A stretch of DNA of 63,801 bases, counting the filler, from Stramenopiles sp. TOSAG23-6 (lineage: Eukaryota), in NCBI GenBank assembly GCA_900128565.1. It is 6 parts of 6 records of this genome, joined end to end, with 100 filler letters (N's around TTAATTAATTAA, not from the genome) between each part and the next. Parts side by side here need not be neighbours in the genome. Positions count along the whole stretch, not along the records: positions 37,565 to 49,887 come from LT636207.1; positions 49,988 to 62,295 come from LT636208.1; 4 more parts are not named here. One strand, given 5' to 3'. A model generated the notes under the pieces. That model ran no database searches and had not been told where the DNA came from. It worked only from the letters and a program-made list of their open reading frames with translations. Position numbers and translations under genes: made by a program. The number at the start of each line of letters is the position of its first letter. Position 1 is the stretch's first letter. This document shows positions 46,601-60,800 of the stretch, in pieces.

Positions 46601-49600
46601 TATCCCAGCCAGTTACATTATCTTTTAAACTGCTTCTAGTGCGGCTCACGATCGTTGTGTGTCGCAATTGATCAAACCCACGAGAAAATTTCTGTCGTTG
46701 TGCTAAGTCCATATCCAATGAATTTCTTTGCTCACTTGTTAGTTCAACAATTTGATCAATTTGTCTTTTAAATTTAACGTTACTCGGCATATTTTCCAGG
46801 AGTATTGCAAGCTGCGGCTCAAGGCCAGTATTTGAAAGATCCATATCAGAGATCCAATCAAGAACCTCTGCCGATAAAGGGTAATCTTTGATAGTATGAT
46901 TTGGGTTGACTGTTTCTGAGGGCTGTGTTTTATGTTTTCGGCGTCTGAGCAAGGATAATGCACGAGACATAAAAGATGTTTGGACCGGATTTAATGCAAG
47001 TCGCATTATGTCATGTTGAGGTATTTTTAAAAGTTTGTCCATTGCCTTGAGATTTTGGTCTTCACGTGGTAACTGCAAAAATAAAGTCTCTAGCTGAGCT
47101 TCGAGTCCGATGTTACCTAAACCATATGTCTTTAACCACACTGATAATTCAGGTAAAGTAGTAGTCTTACGCTTATTCTTCGGAGAATTTTCCCAATCTA
47201 ATTGGGCCGTGTGCAATAAATCAACAGTGGCTTTTGCAGATAATCGTTTATTACTCCTTTTGATATTGGATGGAATTTCTTCTTTTATTGGAAATTCAAA
47301 AACCTTTACATTTCCATTTGTTGGAGAAGTTAGTAAACTCCCAGCAAGTCGAAGCATCATAGTTTCTTTATATGATTTTTGACCTTTTTTTGTTTTATCG
47401 TTTAAACTTTTGAAACTCTGTAGATTTTGACTATGCTCGATATTGTCATTATTTAGACTATTACCATTTTGTGCCAGACAATCTTTTTGTTCTAAATGCT
47501 CTAAATGCAATGTTTCATTTGATTTAAATTTTGATTCAGAAGTGTTTATTGTTGTGTTTGTATCAGTGCTACTTTCAGTATCGTAACCACTGGATATCTC
47601 TAAAAGTTCATCGATTTCTGATATTAAATTTTTTTCGTTGTCTTGTTTAGTTTTATCTTTCTTTGGATCACCTCCGCCTCTAAGTCTCCGAGTAAGTGAC
47701 AAGCGTGTGTGCATTTTTTTCCTAGCAATATTTTTCTTGCTATCCTCAAGTACTTTTCTATCTTCAAGTTCTTTGGCACATCTGCGGCAATTTCTACCAC
47801 ACCCGTGCTTACATTTGGGATCAACGACAATGATCCCAGAATTCGCAAGTTTTATCTTACGATTTCTTTGAGAATATTTCTGAACCCTCATTGTTGTTGA
47901 CACTGCTTGTGAAGTTTGTTGGTGTATCAACGACCGAGATTGTAATTTTGACATGCGTGTGGCTTGAATAGGATCAACATAATTCACATTAATTGCCACC
48001 TTTCGCTTTTCTTCTTGTTTACAATTTGTTGTACGATTCAGAGAGATTTTGTCTTTCTTCTTTGTACCCGTATGACTATCTTGAAACTGTAAGGATTTAC
48101 TCAATACATTTTTACGAATTCCAATTGCCTTTTTATTTTTTTGATTAGCTTTTCTCATCTGAATTGCCAATCTTTTTTTTGCCATACGTTCAAAGACAGC
48201 CTGGGGCGAAGTAGCAATTTTTGTTTCATTAAAGCGCAACTTTTTTATGATATTGTCCTGTAATTTTGGATGTTTTCTATTATCATCAATATTTGTATTC
48301 TGAGATAAGTGGCGTTTCAACAACGCTTTTTTAAATTTCAAGCGTTTTCTTGAAATAGGCCGAGAACGCGATTTCGTATTTGTCTCAGGTGTAACTTCAC
48401 CCTTATTAAACTTCAATTCAGTTACTGAATTTTGTATTGCATTAATCTTCTTCTGTTCTGCTTCTTCAGCCTTTCTTTTCTTCTCCGATGTTTCAAAATT
48501 TTTACGTCGAACTTCTTGGGCCAATTCAAAATTTGCAATACTTCCATGAACTACAGTTGTAATCCAATCATCAGCTTCACGTAAATGAAGGTCTTTGATG
48601 GCCAATGTGTGCATTTCTTGGTTACCGGGTAGAGCAGCCGCATTTTCTGGGCTACCCGTATTGAAATCAACGACCATTTGTTGTGCATGAAGTCTTTTCC
48701 TATTTACTTTTGACCTTGCTTTCGCTGCATTACTTGTATTTATATCTATCACTGTTGATAAATCCGAATCTTGTGTATCTTTCCGTTGCCTCTTCTGGAA
48801 GTTTATCTCCTTCTTTAGGGCAGCACTCTCACGGATCATTTGCTCTTGTTCCTCTTTCAACATGCGCTTGCGGGCCCACTCAGCTATAATTTGACATTCA
48901 CTTCCAGCGGCCCATCCACTGCTTGGCAATGGTGCTCTCTTCTTAACCCGTAAGCACTGTATCTTGTTTATTTTAGGATATTCTGCAACTTGAGGTTTTG
49001 GACCAAATACGCCAACAACATTTGCATCATGTTGATCGAGAAACTTTTTACGAGCTCTGACTTTCTGCTCTTTTGTAAGTTTAATCTCTACCTTTTTTCT
49101 TTTACCTGCAAGATTTATTCTTCCAGAGTCAAGGATATCAAATGAAACAATAGTTGCTTCCGGTACATTAGAACATTCAGGGGTTACTTTAGTAGATGCA
49201 TTTTTCGACCTAAAGTTCATGATCACATTTATAATCGTTTTACAAAAATATGAGATAGCTAAGTATGAATTTTTGAAACAATGTATGAAAAATGACCAAA
49301 TATTATGAAAAATATATGGTATCCATCCTCCTGCAACTCTCACATTTCGTTTTAGCCTCACAAAGTATAGTTCTAAATCTAATGATCTATCTTCTACATG
49401 AGAAAGCCATGCAATAAAACTACCTATGTCATGTTTTTTCAAAATGTTAGATAAGTAGATCATGTGTGCTACACCTAAATGAGATGATAGGTATTCAATT
49501 AATAAGATTGGTAATACGAAAATGAAAAAGAGTCCTAATGCAGCCCCACTAAAACGACTTGCCGACAACCCATCACATTCAAGACATCCGCCATACACGG

Positions 49601-49887
49601 AAACAAACCCCGATGCACAGTGACCACACAGTAATTCCGACCCATTATGTCCCATTTTGCAAATTGATGTCCCATTACATGGTGTCTGTTTTCTATTATT
49701 CCAGAAACACGAAGTAAATTCTAATGCAGCATAAGATGTGTAACTAATATTTGCTGCTTTTGCTTCTGATAGAGAAATCGGCGAAGCAAAATCCGTCAGG
49801 TTCTTCAATTCCGCCATAACATTAAGCAGTTTAAACCCTGGCATTGTACCCCACGCTGGAAGAGCTCGTGGCGCGATTGGGCCTCGG
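43608..49887 (-). CDS. Very large multi-pass membrane protein with Cys-rich ectodomain and long cytoplasmic insertion (probably 5' partial)
   Basis: 2078-aa intronless ORF. GHNGSELLCGHCASGF, TM cluster after FRIVWAHIQ...IPWP, FDC...DFRIECY, and KQPY. The frame stays open to the contig end. Confidence 0.8.
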
Positions 49888-50041
49888 NNNNNNNNNNNNN
49901 NNNNNNNNNNNNNNNNNNNNNNNNNNNNNNNTTAATTAATTAANNNNNNNNNNNNNNNNNNNNNNNNNNNNNNNNNNNNNNNNNNNNAATTTTGTACCTA
50001 ACAATTTTTTTTTTTTTTTGAAATATTTTTCCAAAATACAT

Positions 50042-53000
50042 GTACGGTTTAATAGTATTGTTACACGAAAAGTTCTCCTAATCGGATCTGGAGGTTTATC
50101 CATTGGACAGGCTGGAGAATTTGATTATTCTGGTTCACAAGCCATCAAAGCTTTGAAAGAAGAAGGAATTGAAGTTGTTCTAATCAACCCAAATATTGCA
50201 ACTGTCCAAACCTCAAAAGGCTTAGCCGACCACGTTTATTTTCTCCCTGTGAAACGAAAGTTTGTCCTTGATGTCATCGAAAAGGAAAAGCCTGATTCTA
50301 TTCTTGTTTCAATGGGTGGACAAACTGCTTTAAATGTGGGTGTTGAAATGTGGAGAGCGGGAGATCTTAAACGATTAGGAATTCGTGTTCTTGGTACTCA
50401 AATTGATGCAATTATGGCTACTGAAGATCGTGATGTTTTTGCCCAAAAACTCTCTGAAATTAATGAAAAAGCTGCTCGTTCTATGGCTGCTGAAACTGTT
50501 GCTGATGCTGTAAAGGTTGCTGCTGAGATTGGTTACCCTGTGTTAGTCCGTGCAGCATACGCTCTTGGTGGTCTTGGATCTGGCTTTGCAGAGAATGAAA
50601 CTGAATTGCGTACTCTTGTAAAGAAGGCATTTTCTACTAGTAGTCAAGTTATCATCGATCAAGATTTGCGTGGATGGAAAGAAGTTGAGTATGAAGTTGT
50701 TCGTGATTGCAATGATAATTGTGTTACTGTTTGCAATATGGAAAATTTTGATCCTCTTGGAGTTCATACTGGTGATTCTATTGTGGTCGCACCATCACAA
50801 ACTTTAAGCAATGCTGAATATATGAAACTTCGTGAAGTCGCTATTAAGGTCGTTCGCCACCTTGGTGTAGTTGGTGAATGTAATATTCAATATGCTTTAG
50901 ATCCTAAATCTGAGCGATACTGTATCATTGAGGTCAATGCGCGGCTCTCACGATCCTCAGCTCTTGCTTCAAAAGCTACTGGATATCCTCTTGCATATGT
51001 TGCTGCGAAATTAGCTCTTGGCAAAGATCTTGTAGCGATTCGTAACTCAGTGACTCGGACGACAACTGCATGCTTTGAGCCTTCTCTTGATTATGTTGTT
51101 GTGAAAATGCCTCGATGGGATCTTAAGAAATTTTCTCGTGTTGATCAATCTATTGGTAGTGCAATGAAATCTGTCGGTGAAGTCATGGCTATTGGTCGAA
51201 AGTTTGAAGAAGTCTTTCAGAAAGCTTTGAGGATGGTTGATGGTGCTTGTACGGGTTTCGGTTCTAAACGATCGCTTGAAGCAATTGAAAGTCAAACAAA
51301 AGAATCCTTAGAGTATGCCTTAAAAAATCCTTGTCCTAGACGCGTGTATCATTTGGCATCTGCTTTTCAACGAGGATATACTCTTGAACGATTACATGAG
51401 CTTACTCATATTGATCGATGGTTCCTTTCAAAGTTGCGAAATATTCATCAAATGGGAGCGGCTCTTTCCAATCGTTCTTTGAATAGTCTAACTGCTGGAG
51501 AGTTTAAACTCTTAAAATGTCATGGCTTTTCTGATCCTCATATTGCAGAATTGGTTGGTATTACGAACCAGTCTGGATTAGATGGGTGTGGTCCAAATGG
51601 TGGAAGTACTGTACGTTTGATTTTTTTTTCAATTTCGAATTTATTTATTTTTCGTAAGAAATTTCATACCTAACAATTTCTACAAAAAAATATAATCATT
51701 TATTTCATGTACGTACTGCTCGTAAAGCTCTAGGTATTATTCCGTATGTCAAACAAATTGATACCCTTGCTGCTGAATTCCCAGCACAAACTAATTATTT
51801 GTATATGACGTATAATGGTTCAGAGAACGATTTGACTTTCAATGATGGTGGAGTTGTTGTACTTGGTTGTGGTGCGTATTGTATTGGTTCATCCGTTGAA
51901 TTTGATTGGTGTGCAGTTAGTTGTGTCCGCGAAATCCGTGCACAAAAAAAAGAAGCAATTGTCATTAATTTCAATCCAGAAACTGTATCAACTGATTATG
52001 ATGAAAGTGATCGGTTATACTTTGAAGAATTGTCATTAGAACGGGTTCTTGATATATATGAACTCGAAACGGCTGAAGGTGTTGTTGTATCTGTTGGTGG
52101 TCAAATTCCAAACAATCTCTCCACGCCACTTCACACTAATGGTTGTACAGTTCTTGGAACTCCAGTAGAATGCATTGACCGTGCTGAAGATCGAAACAAG
52201 TTTTCAGCAATGCTTGATGAAATTTGTGTAGATCAACCTCGATGGGCTTCACTTACAAGTATTGATGCTGCGCGAACATTCTGTGCTGAGGTTGGATACC
52301 CTGTTCTCGTACGACCTTCATATGTCTTATCTGGTGCTGCTATGCGAGTTGCATCAAATTGGGATCAAATGTCAGAATTTATGAGTAATGCTGGGGAAAT
52401 TAGTCCTGATTATCCCGTTGTCGTATCGGAATTTATTAATGGTGCAAAAGAAATTGAGTTTGATGGTGTCGCTAATAATGGAGAAATTCTCAACTATGCT
52501 ATTTCTGAACATGTTGAAAATGCAGGTGTCCATTCTGGCGATGCAACATTGCTGTTACCGTCACAAAAGTTGTACACCCAAACGAAACGTCAAGTTCAGA
52601 GAATCGCAAAGAAAATTGCGAAAGCTTTAAACATTTCTGGGCCATTTAATATTCAGTTGATGGCACGAAGTAATGATTTGAAAGTTATTGAATGCAATTT
52701 ACGTGCCAGTCGTACTTTCCCATTTATATCGAAATGTTTCGACCTAAACTTTATTGCACTTGCAACACGTGTCATGCTCGGTCTTCCTGTAAAACGTTTA
52801 AATGTTAATGAAAACGATTTGGACTTTGTTGGTTGCAAAGCTCCCCAGTTCTCTTTCACGCGCTTACAGGGAGCTGATCCAACTACTGGTGTAGAAATGT
52901 CATCTACCGGCGAAGTTGCTTGTTTTGGTGTAGATACTTATCAAGCGTTTCTCATGGCAATTATGTCCGCTGGTTTCAAGTTGCCAGCAAATGGTGGTAA

Positions 53001-53466
53001 AGGCAGTAATGTGTGTCTTTCGATTGGTCCCAAAGATGGCAAGAAAGAGGTTGTTCAATGTGCGCGTACACTTGTTGAATTAGGCTATAATATATATGCT
53101 ACAAGTGGAACTGCTGCATTTTTGAAAGATCACGGTATTCCTTCACAGGTTGTTCGTCGTCCTATGCCTGAACTTCATGAGGGTCGAAGTGAAAGCATGG
53201 ATGATTGCGTCAGTGAAGAAGGTGGTAGTGGAAATGTCCTTGACTTGATCAAGGATAATAAGTTTACTCTTGTTGTTGTGATCCCTAATGCAACATCCAA
53301 GTATAGCTCATCATCTGGATACAAAATGCGTCGTGCTGCTGTTGATTTCAGCGTTCCATTAATTGTAAATATGAAGGTTATGACTCTACTCTGCCAATCT
53401 CTTAAAAAAGTGAAGAAGTTTGACATTGTCTCTATGGCTGAATTTCATTCGAAACATCGTCTTTAA
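50042..53466 (+). CDS. Carbamoyl-phosphate synthetase, synthetase (large-chain) domains, 5' partial
   Basis: [51 protein letters not shown] domain, then stop (no DHO/ATC fusion). Intron 51611-51708 (GT..AT). Confidence 0.95.
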
Positions 53467-53628
53467 ATTACAAAATTAGTATTTGTAATGTTTCGACCAT
53501 CCCGTTTTTTAATATTTTCGGGGTACAAGAATGAATAAACTACAATCGTAAAAAATAATATTGTTTAATTATAATCAACACTTGTGGCTCGAAATGAGTA
53601 TATATATATGGTAACTGTTTATTTAACT

Positions 53629-56600
53629 TTACACTAAAAGAGACCTTTTCTTTTGCTTTACTTTTGTCGAAACTTTTCTCGTCTTCATTCGTTTATTAGA
53701 CCCCTGTTTTTGAGGTTTGGATTTCTTCTTTTGCGGAAATCCATTTGCATCAAAAGAAGCTAGAGTATCGCGACCTAATTTATGACCTCGTATTGTATGT
53801 GCCTGATATCTTCCATCTCTCGTCCCTTCTCTTGTCCAACCTCTAGGAGTAGTAAAAAAGGGGTCATTAGATGAAGTTGCCCGCGTTTCTGTTGAATTGA
53901 ATACTACAGGGGAATAACGATTTCGTGGTGTGCTTCCTTCCACTGCATCGTTTTCCATTGTTCGTTTTTGCGAAATCATTCTCATCTTTGTAGCCTCTAG
54001 TTGCTTTCTGTGTAGTTTCTGTGCAATCTCTAAGGCTTCTATCCGATTTGTTCCTTCGTCGTATTCAATGTTTTGCTTATTCGATTCACCATGAGGGATT
54101 TTATCTGGAAAAGTAAGACCAATAATATCAGTATTATTTATGATCTGGGCAGGTCGGCGTTGAAAATCAAGCATTTTCACTTCATCGTTTTCAGCCAATT
54201 GTTGTTTGAGTTTTTTTGATTCCTCTAACTTTAATAGCACAGAATGATCTTCTGCGCCTAGATGAACTCTTTCGTCATGAAGTTCTTTTTCAGCATTGGC
54301 AATTACAATCTCAAGCTCTGTCATTCGATCCAACAGTTGCATTCGTGAAGTGCTGAGGATTCTTTCATCTGCGTTAATACTAGTATATTCGTCTACTTCT
54401 TTGTATTGGTTTATTCGCGCACGAGACACTGGGCGTGACACTGGGGGTAACCATCTGGCTCTTATATTTGAATAATACTGACTGACAGGAAACAACCCAC
54501 CCCCAGTTCGCTGGAATTCTTCATCTACTTTTTCTTTATCTCGAACCCCCCTTGAATTGAGCTGCAACAACTCTTTAATCTCTATCATAATAGAAGGGTC
54601 TGTTAACTTTGTACTCGGTATATTCAGGTTCGTTAATGATACATTCCTGTGTGCTAAAATTGATCGAAACCAAATGACGCTATCATTGCTTATACCTGAA
54701 TTGTTGAACAGATTTAGAGAAACAAGATTTGTATTTCTAACTAGAGCTTCTGCTAACTGTGTCCCTCCAATATCTGTAATTTGATTCGTGCCCATATCTA
54801 ATATAGTAAGACTACAATTTGATTTAAGAGCACCAGCTAGATATTGGGTTCCTTCGTCTCCAATACCATTATTAGCCACAAGTAAAGTTTGGATGGTACT
54901 ATTCAGTTTCAAGCTACTACCCATAAATACCAAACCTGCATCTCCAATATCATTACGCCTCAGATCCAAGTGTAATAATCCTTTGTTATCACGGATAGCA
55001 CCAGTGAGACTCAAGGCTCCTTCGGAATCAATTGAATTTACCGATAAATCAAGGTGGGTTAAAGAGCGATTCATCCTAATTCCGATACTACCTTCTCTAA
55101 TAGGTCCTTTCCCAATATTATTGCACTGCATAGATAAAGTCTTCAGACCAGTATTATTCCTTAATTGTGCCAAAACATAATTTACACCATCGTGTCCAAG
55201 TCTATTATCCGATAAATTAATTGAAGTGACACAACTTTGGCAACTTAGAGCATCACCGAGAGCTTTTGCACCTGCAGGGCCGATTAAATTACATCGTAAA
55301 TCTAGAGAAGTTATACGGCAACTATAATAACGCTTCGATAGAATTGTTTCGCCTGGAAGAAGTGTTTTATACAGTGGAAGGATTTGAGAAAGTGCAATTA
55401 TACCAGCATCGCCAACCTCATTTAGTGGTATTTGTAAATCTGTAAGACTTTTATTTCTGTATTGCATCATTGTTTCTGCCAATAATTGTAGACCGTTATT
55501 CTTTAAACGTTCGCTTGGTGGAATGCAAAGCTTTACTAAAGACGGATCTTTTTCTCCAAGTCGATGTTTCCACATAGTCCAGAAACCCCCAACTCCATCA
55601 GATGTTGTCGAATGGTACACATGTGAACCACTTTTCGTCTTTACTCTATCATTGGGATTCATGCGTGTTTGTAGCAAATGTTGCGGAATATTTGGAATAC
55701 CAACATCTGTCAATGTAGCTTCCATTGTAGTATTTCTTTGTAAGGATTTCCCTCTTTTTAGTTTTTCATTTTTATTATCCAAGCCTAATTTTAACAAAGC
55801 CTCTGCTTTTCTATTTAATTCTTCAACCTTTTGGTGCTGAAGATTTCTACATTGTTCTTTCTGTTTTTTCTCGATTTCAAGAGAAATATATTGATTACTG
55901 GTATTTTTCACCTCGGTCTGTTTTGCGCTAGCTTTATTAGTTTCATTTACTTCCTCTTCGCCTCTCTTGAAAGACACCTTCGAAAGAGCATTATCATTAC
56001 CAACGTGGCCTATTACTCTCTGCCATGTGTCACGATATGGTATTCTCATCTGAACAAACATCGGATCATCTGCCACGGCATTTCGAGATTGTGCACCATA
56101 ACCTGTTCCTAACCGGCTCTGTCGGCCTTCTAATGCTATCCGTTTACGAAGAGCTTTTAAATCTGGTCGAATATTAGATCGTAATAATGATCCTTTGAAA
56201 TAACCTGAAATGTCTTGTTTTATACTCAACTCTTTTTCATTGCGTAATTTTGTTTTCTTATTAAAATCACTTCGTTGACCTTGTTCTTGCAACCAAACAA
56301 AAGATCCTTTTAACTTCCAATGTCTCCAATGTTTGAAGAGAGTGCTTATCATCTCTATAGATTTCAACTTGGATACATTCACTTTGTTTTTCTTTTTTCG
56401 GGATCTTAATTTTTCTTTTTTATTATCATCAGATTTTTTATTTTCAACACCTTCTGTAGATTCCGGATCTGGTATACTAGTAGTTTTCATATTACCTAAA
56501 GCCTCTGCTATTGCATTACTCTGAATCGATGCCAGGTGATCTCGAGCTACACGAGCCCTCTCGGGACAACTTGTTTTCCTTCTTCGTTCAAGTTGCTTTT

Positions 56601-57522
56601 TTTTCATTTTCTTTAAAGCAATTAATCTTTTGTTTTCATGCGCAATTCTAGCTCTCTCATTAGCTTCGGCATCTCTCAAACTTTTCATGGAACCACTCTG
56701 GGATAATGCTTCAGCTCTACGTCGAGCCGCCTGCCATTTAAGTTTTCGAATTTGTAAACGTCTCAACTCAATCTTTTTTTTATAATATAAATCTAAGTTA
56801 CCATGTGACTCTTCTGTAAAATTCTCCTGATGAATATGTTCATTGATGTTATTGATAACATGATTATTTCGATCACTCAAGGTATTTTTCTTTGTTGATT
56901 TTGATGACTTTCTAGAAAAAGAAGAAGTTAAAGGTTGATTAGAAATCCCACAATTACGGATGCCGCCTAGTTTAAAAGGTCGCAGTTTCGTTGTTTGTGG
57001 AGTTTTTGGTAAGTCGCCAAAGTCTGGTAGAGCTCCAGAAAGAAATGCACCTTTGGTAAAAGGCCTGTTCTGTCTATTATAATTAACCATAATCTCATAA
57101 TTTCCAAGCTGGGCAAATTTATTACTCTCACGGAATTCACCAGAGCAAGTGCTAGAGCTAGTGCTATCAAATATGTTTCCCCCGTCTGTTTCATCTATGG
57201 GATATTTTGATCTTGTCCTTGGTACATTCAATAGTTTTCTCAGTCGCGTGGGAGCTCTTAGTGGCATTATAGTTGTTTTAGTTACATGATTGTGGTTATT
57301 CCACAATGTAAAGTCAGTTTCGACTGGAAATACTTTAATGGGTACATATTGGTTCTTTGGTGATGGTATCGACGGCATTTGGATATGTACTTCTGTTATT
57401 TCTGGTTCTGTAACACCCGTAGACGCTCTCGTAGAATAAACATTTCTTTCTGGCAATTCGAAATTTTCTAACTTTCCTCTGCCCCCTACACTTGCGAGAG
57501 GGGCGGGTGCTGATAAAAACAT
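53629..57522 (-). CDS. RNI-like leucine-rich repeat protein
   Basis: 1297-aa ORF with tandem 28-aa LRRs (LxxLDLxxNxIGDxGAxxL). Confidence 0.85.
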   Translation of the reverse strand: MFLSAPAPLASVGGRGKLENFELPERNVYSTRASTGVTEPEITEVHIQMPSIPSPKNQYVPIKVFPVETDFTLWNNHNHVTKTTIMPLRAPTRLRKLLNVPRTRSKYPIDETDGGNIFDSTSSSTCSGEFRESNKFAQLGNYEIMVNYNRQNRPFTKGAFLSGALPDFGDLPKTPQTTKLRPFKLGGIRNCGISNQPLTSSFSRKSSKSTKKNTLSDRNNHVINNINEHIHQENFTEESHGNLDLYYKKKIELRRLQIRKLKWQAARRRAEALSQSGSMKSLRDAEANERARIAHENKRLIALKKMKKKQLERRRKTSCPERARVARDHLASIQSNAIAEALGNMKTTSIPDPESTEGVENKKSDDNKKEKLRSRKKKNKVNVSKLKSIEMISTLFKHWRHWKLKGSFVWLQEQGQRSDFNKKTKLRNEKELSIKQDISGYFKGSLLRSNIRPDLKALRKRIALEGRQSRLGTGYGAQSRNAVADDPMFVQMRIPYRDTWQRVIGHVGNDNALSKVSFKRGEEEVNETNKASAKQTEVKNTSNQYISLEIEKKQKEQCRNLQHQKVEELNRKAEALLKLGLDNKNEKLKRGKSLQRNTTMEATLTDVGIPNIPQHLLQTRMNPNDRVKTKSGSHVYHSTTSDGVGGFWTMWKHRLGEKDPSLVKLCIPPSERLKNNGLQLLAETMMQYRNKSLTDLQIPLNEVGDAGIIALSQILPLYKTLLPGETILSKRYYSCRITSLDLRCNLIGPAGAKALGDALSCQSCVTSINLSDNRLGHDGVNYVLAQLRNNTGLKTLSMQCNNIGKGPIREGSIGIRMNRSLTHLDLSVNSIDSEGALSLTGAIRDNKGLLHLDLRRNDIGDAGLVFMGSSLKLNSTIQTLLVANNGIGDEGTQYLAGALKSNCSLTILDMGTNQITDIGGTQLAEALVRNTNLVSLNLFNNSGISNDSVIWFRSILAHRNVSLTNLNIPSTKLTDPSIMIEIKELLQLNSRGVRDKEKVDEEFQRTGGGLFPVSQYYSNIRARWLPPVSRPVSRARINQYKEVDEYTSINADERILSTSRMQLLDRMTELEIVIANAEKELHDERVHLGAEDHSVLLKLEESKKLKQQLAENDEVKMLDFQRRPAQIINNTDIIGLTFPDKIPHGESNKQNIEYDEGTNRIEALEIAQKLHRKQLEATKMRMISQKRTMENDAVEGSTPRNRYSPVVFNSTETRATSSNDPFFTTPRGWTREGTRDGRYQAHTIRGHKLGRDTLASFDANGFPQKKKSKPQKQGSNKRMKTRKVSTKVKQKKRSLLV

Positions 57523-57819
57523 AGTAATCGAGTCACCAAACTGATACAGTAGTGTGAGACTAATACTACTAATCTAGAAACCAGGGACCAATGATATCAT
57601 AAACAAATTATGGTTACCGGAGGTAGTATATTTACACGACTAGCTACTGTAAGACTTAGGTATAAGGTAGTACGTATCTTTTTACAGTTTCAAATTCAAT
57701 CAGTTTTTTGAAGCTGTCAAAAAAATGGATGACGTTCGGTTGATGTTTTCGAAGTTTCGCGTTGCAGTACGAGACGAGACTCGAGAGGACCTCGTTTTAC
57801 TTTGATCAAATTATTGAGT

Positions 57820-60800
57820 ATGCTTGAGGGGCAACCCGAATGTCCTTCTCGTAGGAAGAAGCAACCCGAATGTCCTTCTCGTAGGAAGAAGCAACCCGAA
57901 TGTCCATCTCGTAGGAAGAAGCGTAAGCAATATGTATTTGAACTTGAGCTTGAAGATCCAACAAACTGGAAGTTTGTGGAAGCTTCTGCCCGCTTGTTAT
58001 TACCTAGTAGTGTAAATTGGGGTTCGGCTAAGCTATTGACTGGAACATTTGGAGATAAGTTGTTGTCTATATCTGGTGAGTGTTCTAAATCTGTATCAGA
58101 GGATGCAGCCGATCTACTTGAAAAGCTTGATGGTGTGATAGATGTAACGAAAAACAAAGTATTTGGTTTACACTTCAACAACCATAGTTCTGAAGTGCAG
58201 AATGACAAATCCTTAGCAAATGATAGTTTAAGTGAATTACCTGCTCCAATGGTAAAACCAATGGTAGCTTCAACATCACGTCAGCGACATCGATCTGTAA
58301 AGACAAAATCTATTCATGGAACCAAATCTCGGCATTTGTCAAAAGCAGAGCTTCGAAGAAAAAAGGAGCGGAAGCGTAAGAGTAAAATGGAAAAAAAAAT
58401 AGTTAAAAAAAGAAGTTTCGAGCAGCTTCGAAGTATTGTTTCTCATCGCATCAAGCAACTAGAATCTTTACATAGCCTATTAACAGATCAAAAAAATATA
58501 CACACAGACATAAAAGAATTGCGAGTCACTGGAAGTGCATACGTTTCTCAATCTCTATGTGTTCGCGGCACAGTTACAATTGGCACTGGTGAGCAGTCAG
58601 TCACCAGGAATTTGAATGATATATCCGATACTTATTCTTGGTACAGGTGTGTGAAAGATTCCTATGATATTCACGACAAACAACAACCTGTTGGCGTTGG
58701 GCAAGAATATACTCCTACTACAAATGATATTGGGTGTAAGCTACGTGTTATTGTTATTGCAAACATTAAGGCCTCTAATACCAAGAAAACAATTTTGTCT
58801 CCTTTAATTGATATTAGTCCAGACGCAAGTCATCGTATTTATGATATAATACACTCGAGGATAGATGTAGATTTTCCAGTTAAACAATTGACAATTAATG
58901 AAGAAGGTCAAATCGATGAAAACACGAATAATAAATGTTCAATAGTTATTTCAAAACATAAAGTGAAATTTCGCGTCGATGGAAAATCTGTATGTTTTTA
59001 TTGAATTCTTTATTACAATTTCAATTTTTTTTTTTTTTTTTTGGTACCTAACAAAACAAATCAAATTTTTGAAATATTTTCCTAAATTACATGTAATAAA
59101 ATCTGAACGTTTTGAAGGTCATAATTATTCTGAACCTGATCCTTTTCATAGTTATGGTATAACTTTGTGTCTGACGCCTGTTGATTCTAAGTCACATTGT
59201 TTACAATTAAGAACCTATATCAAAGAAGATGTACTTTTTATCACGAATTTGAAATTTATTTTTTTGTACCAAATTTTGTACCTAACGAATATTTTCAAAA
59301 CAAAACAAAATATTTTTTTCACAATACATCGTGATATTCTGATTATGACTTTGAATGCGATACATGTAGGATTTTCATAATGAATTTCAAATCTATTTTT
59401 TTTACTACAAAAATTCTGTACCTAACAAATTTAAAATGTAAAATATTTTCTTACAAAACTATTTTTTTTTTTTTTTTGGTTTTCGTACGAAATTCTGTAC
59501 CTAACAAATTTAAAATGTAAAATATTTTCTTACAAAACATGCTCAAAGTAAACTGACGCATATTGCAAATGAAGGAACTTCTGAACCTGTATATCAACCT
59601 GGTAGTGGTATCCAACAACATAATAGTCATTACACTGAAAATTCAAGTGATTCCTCGAGAGATGTTCAACAGAAAGCAGCGGAAGAAGCTGCAAAATTAG
59701 TACAAATTACCCGAGATAAATTATCTCCTTTGGGACAATTATTACATAGTGGGTGCACATTGCGCCCATCGATTAAAAATGTAAAGCATAATGATGATGA
59801 TGGCGAAACTAATGATGATGGTAACAATGAGGATGTGGGGAATAAAGCCACTCCGAAAACACCAGTAAATGGTACACAAAATGGTACAAATACGATTGAA
59901 AGGAAGAATCATGAAAAAATTGAAATTTCAAAACCATTAACGTTTCAGTCATGGCTCTTATCTACGTTTGATGAAAATCAATTGAAAAAATTTGCTTCAA
60001 GTTTAAGTGAAAGTGGCGAAATGCCAGAAGATCATGTTGATGTTCTTCATTGGGCAATAGCTGGTGCAATTTCTTCGGGCAAAAAGATACTTGATAAAAA
60101 TGATAACGAACAACCCAATACTAATGATAACGAACAACCCAATACTAATGATAACGAACAACACAATACTAATGATAACGAACAACCCAATACAAATGAT
60201 AACGAACAACCCAATACTAATGAGATCCTTTTTAACAAAAAGGAATTTCAAAGAGATCCAAAATACACAAAGAAACGGCATACTTCATCACCGAAAGTTT
60301 CTCCGTCGATTATCCAACAGAATAAATTTCAATTCTCCTCATCTTTGAATAACTTGTTTAAAAGTCCGACACAAAAAAAAACGAGAAATGTAAAGAGATT
60401 ATTCAGTGAGAATTCGTTTAATAATTTATCTCCATTTAAAACTAGTCAAGAAACTGAGAAAAAAAGTCCAATTCCTTTTCCTTCCGTAAAAGTTGAAAAG
60501 GAATCGACTTTTCTTCAGAGTCCTCGGCCATTAAATAGTAATATACCAAAAACAATTCAAAGACAACTGTCAAATAGTAGTATATCAAAGACACTTCAAA
60601 GACAATTAAGTTTTAGTGGTCGAAATGTATTAAATGAAGGAATGAGCCCTATGCCTATAACAAAACCATCTACGTCATCAATGCCTTTTGAAAACCCTAT
60701 GCCTATAGCAAAACCATCTACGCCATCAATGCCTTTTGAAAAATACATGTTAACTCCTCGATTGATGAAAACATTTTCTGGTGTAAAAAAACAGAAATCT

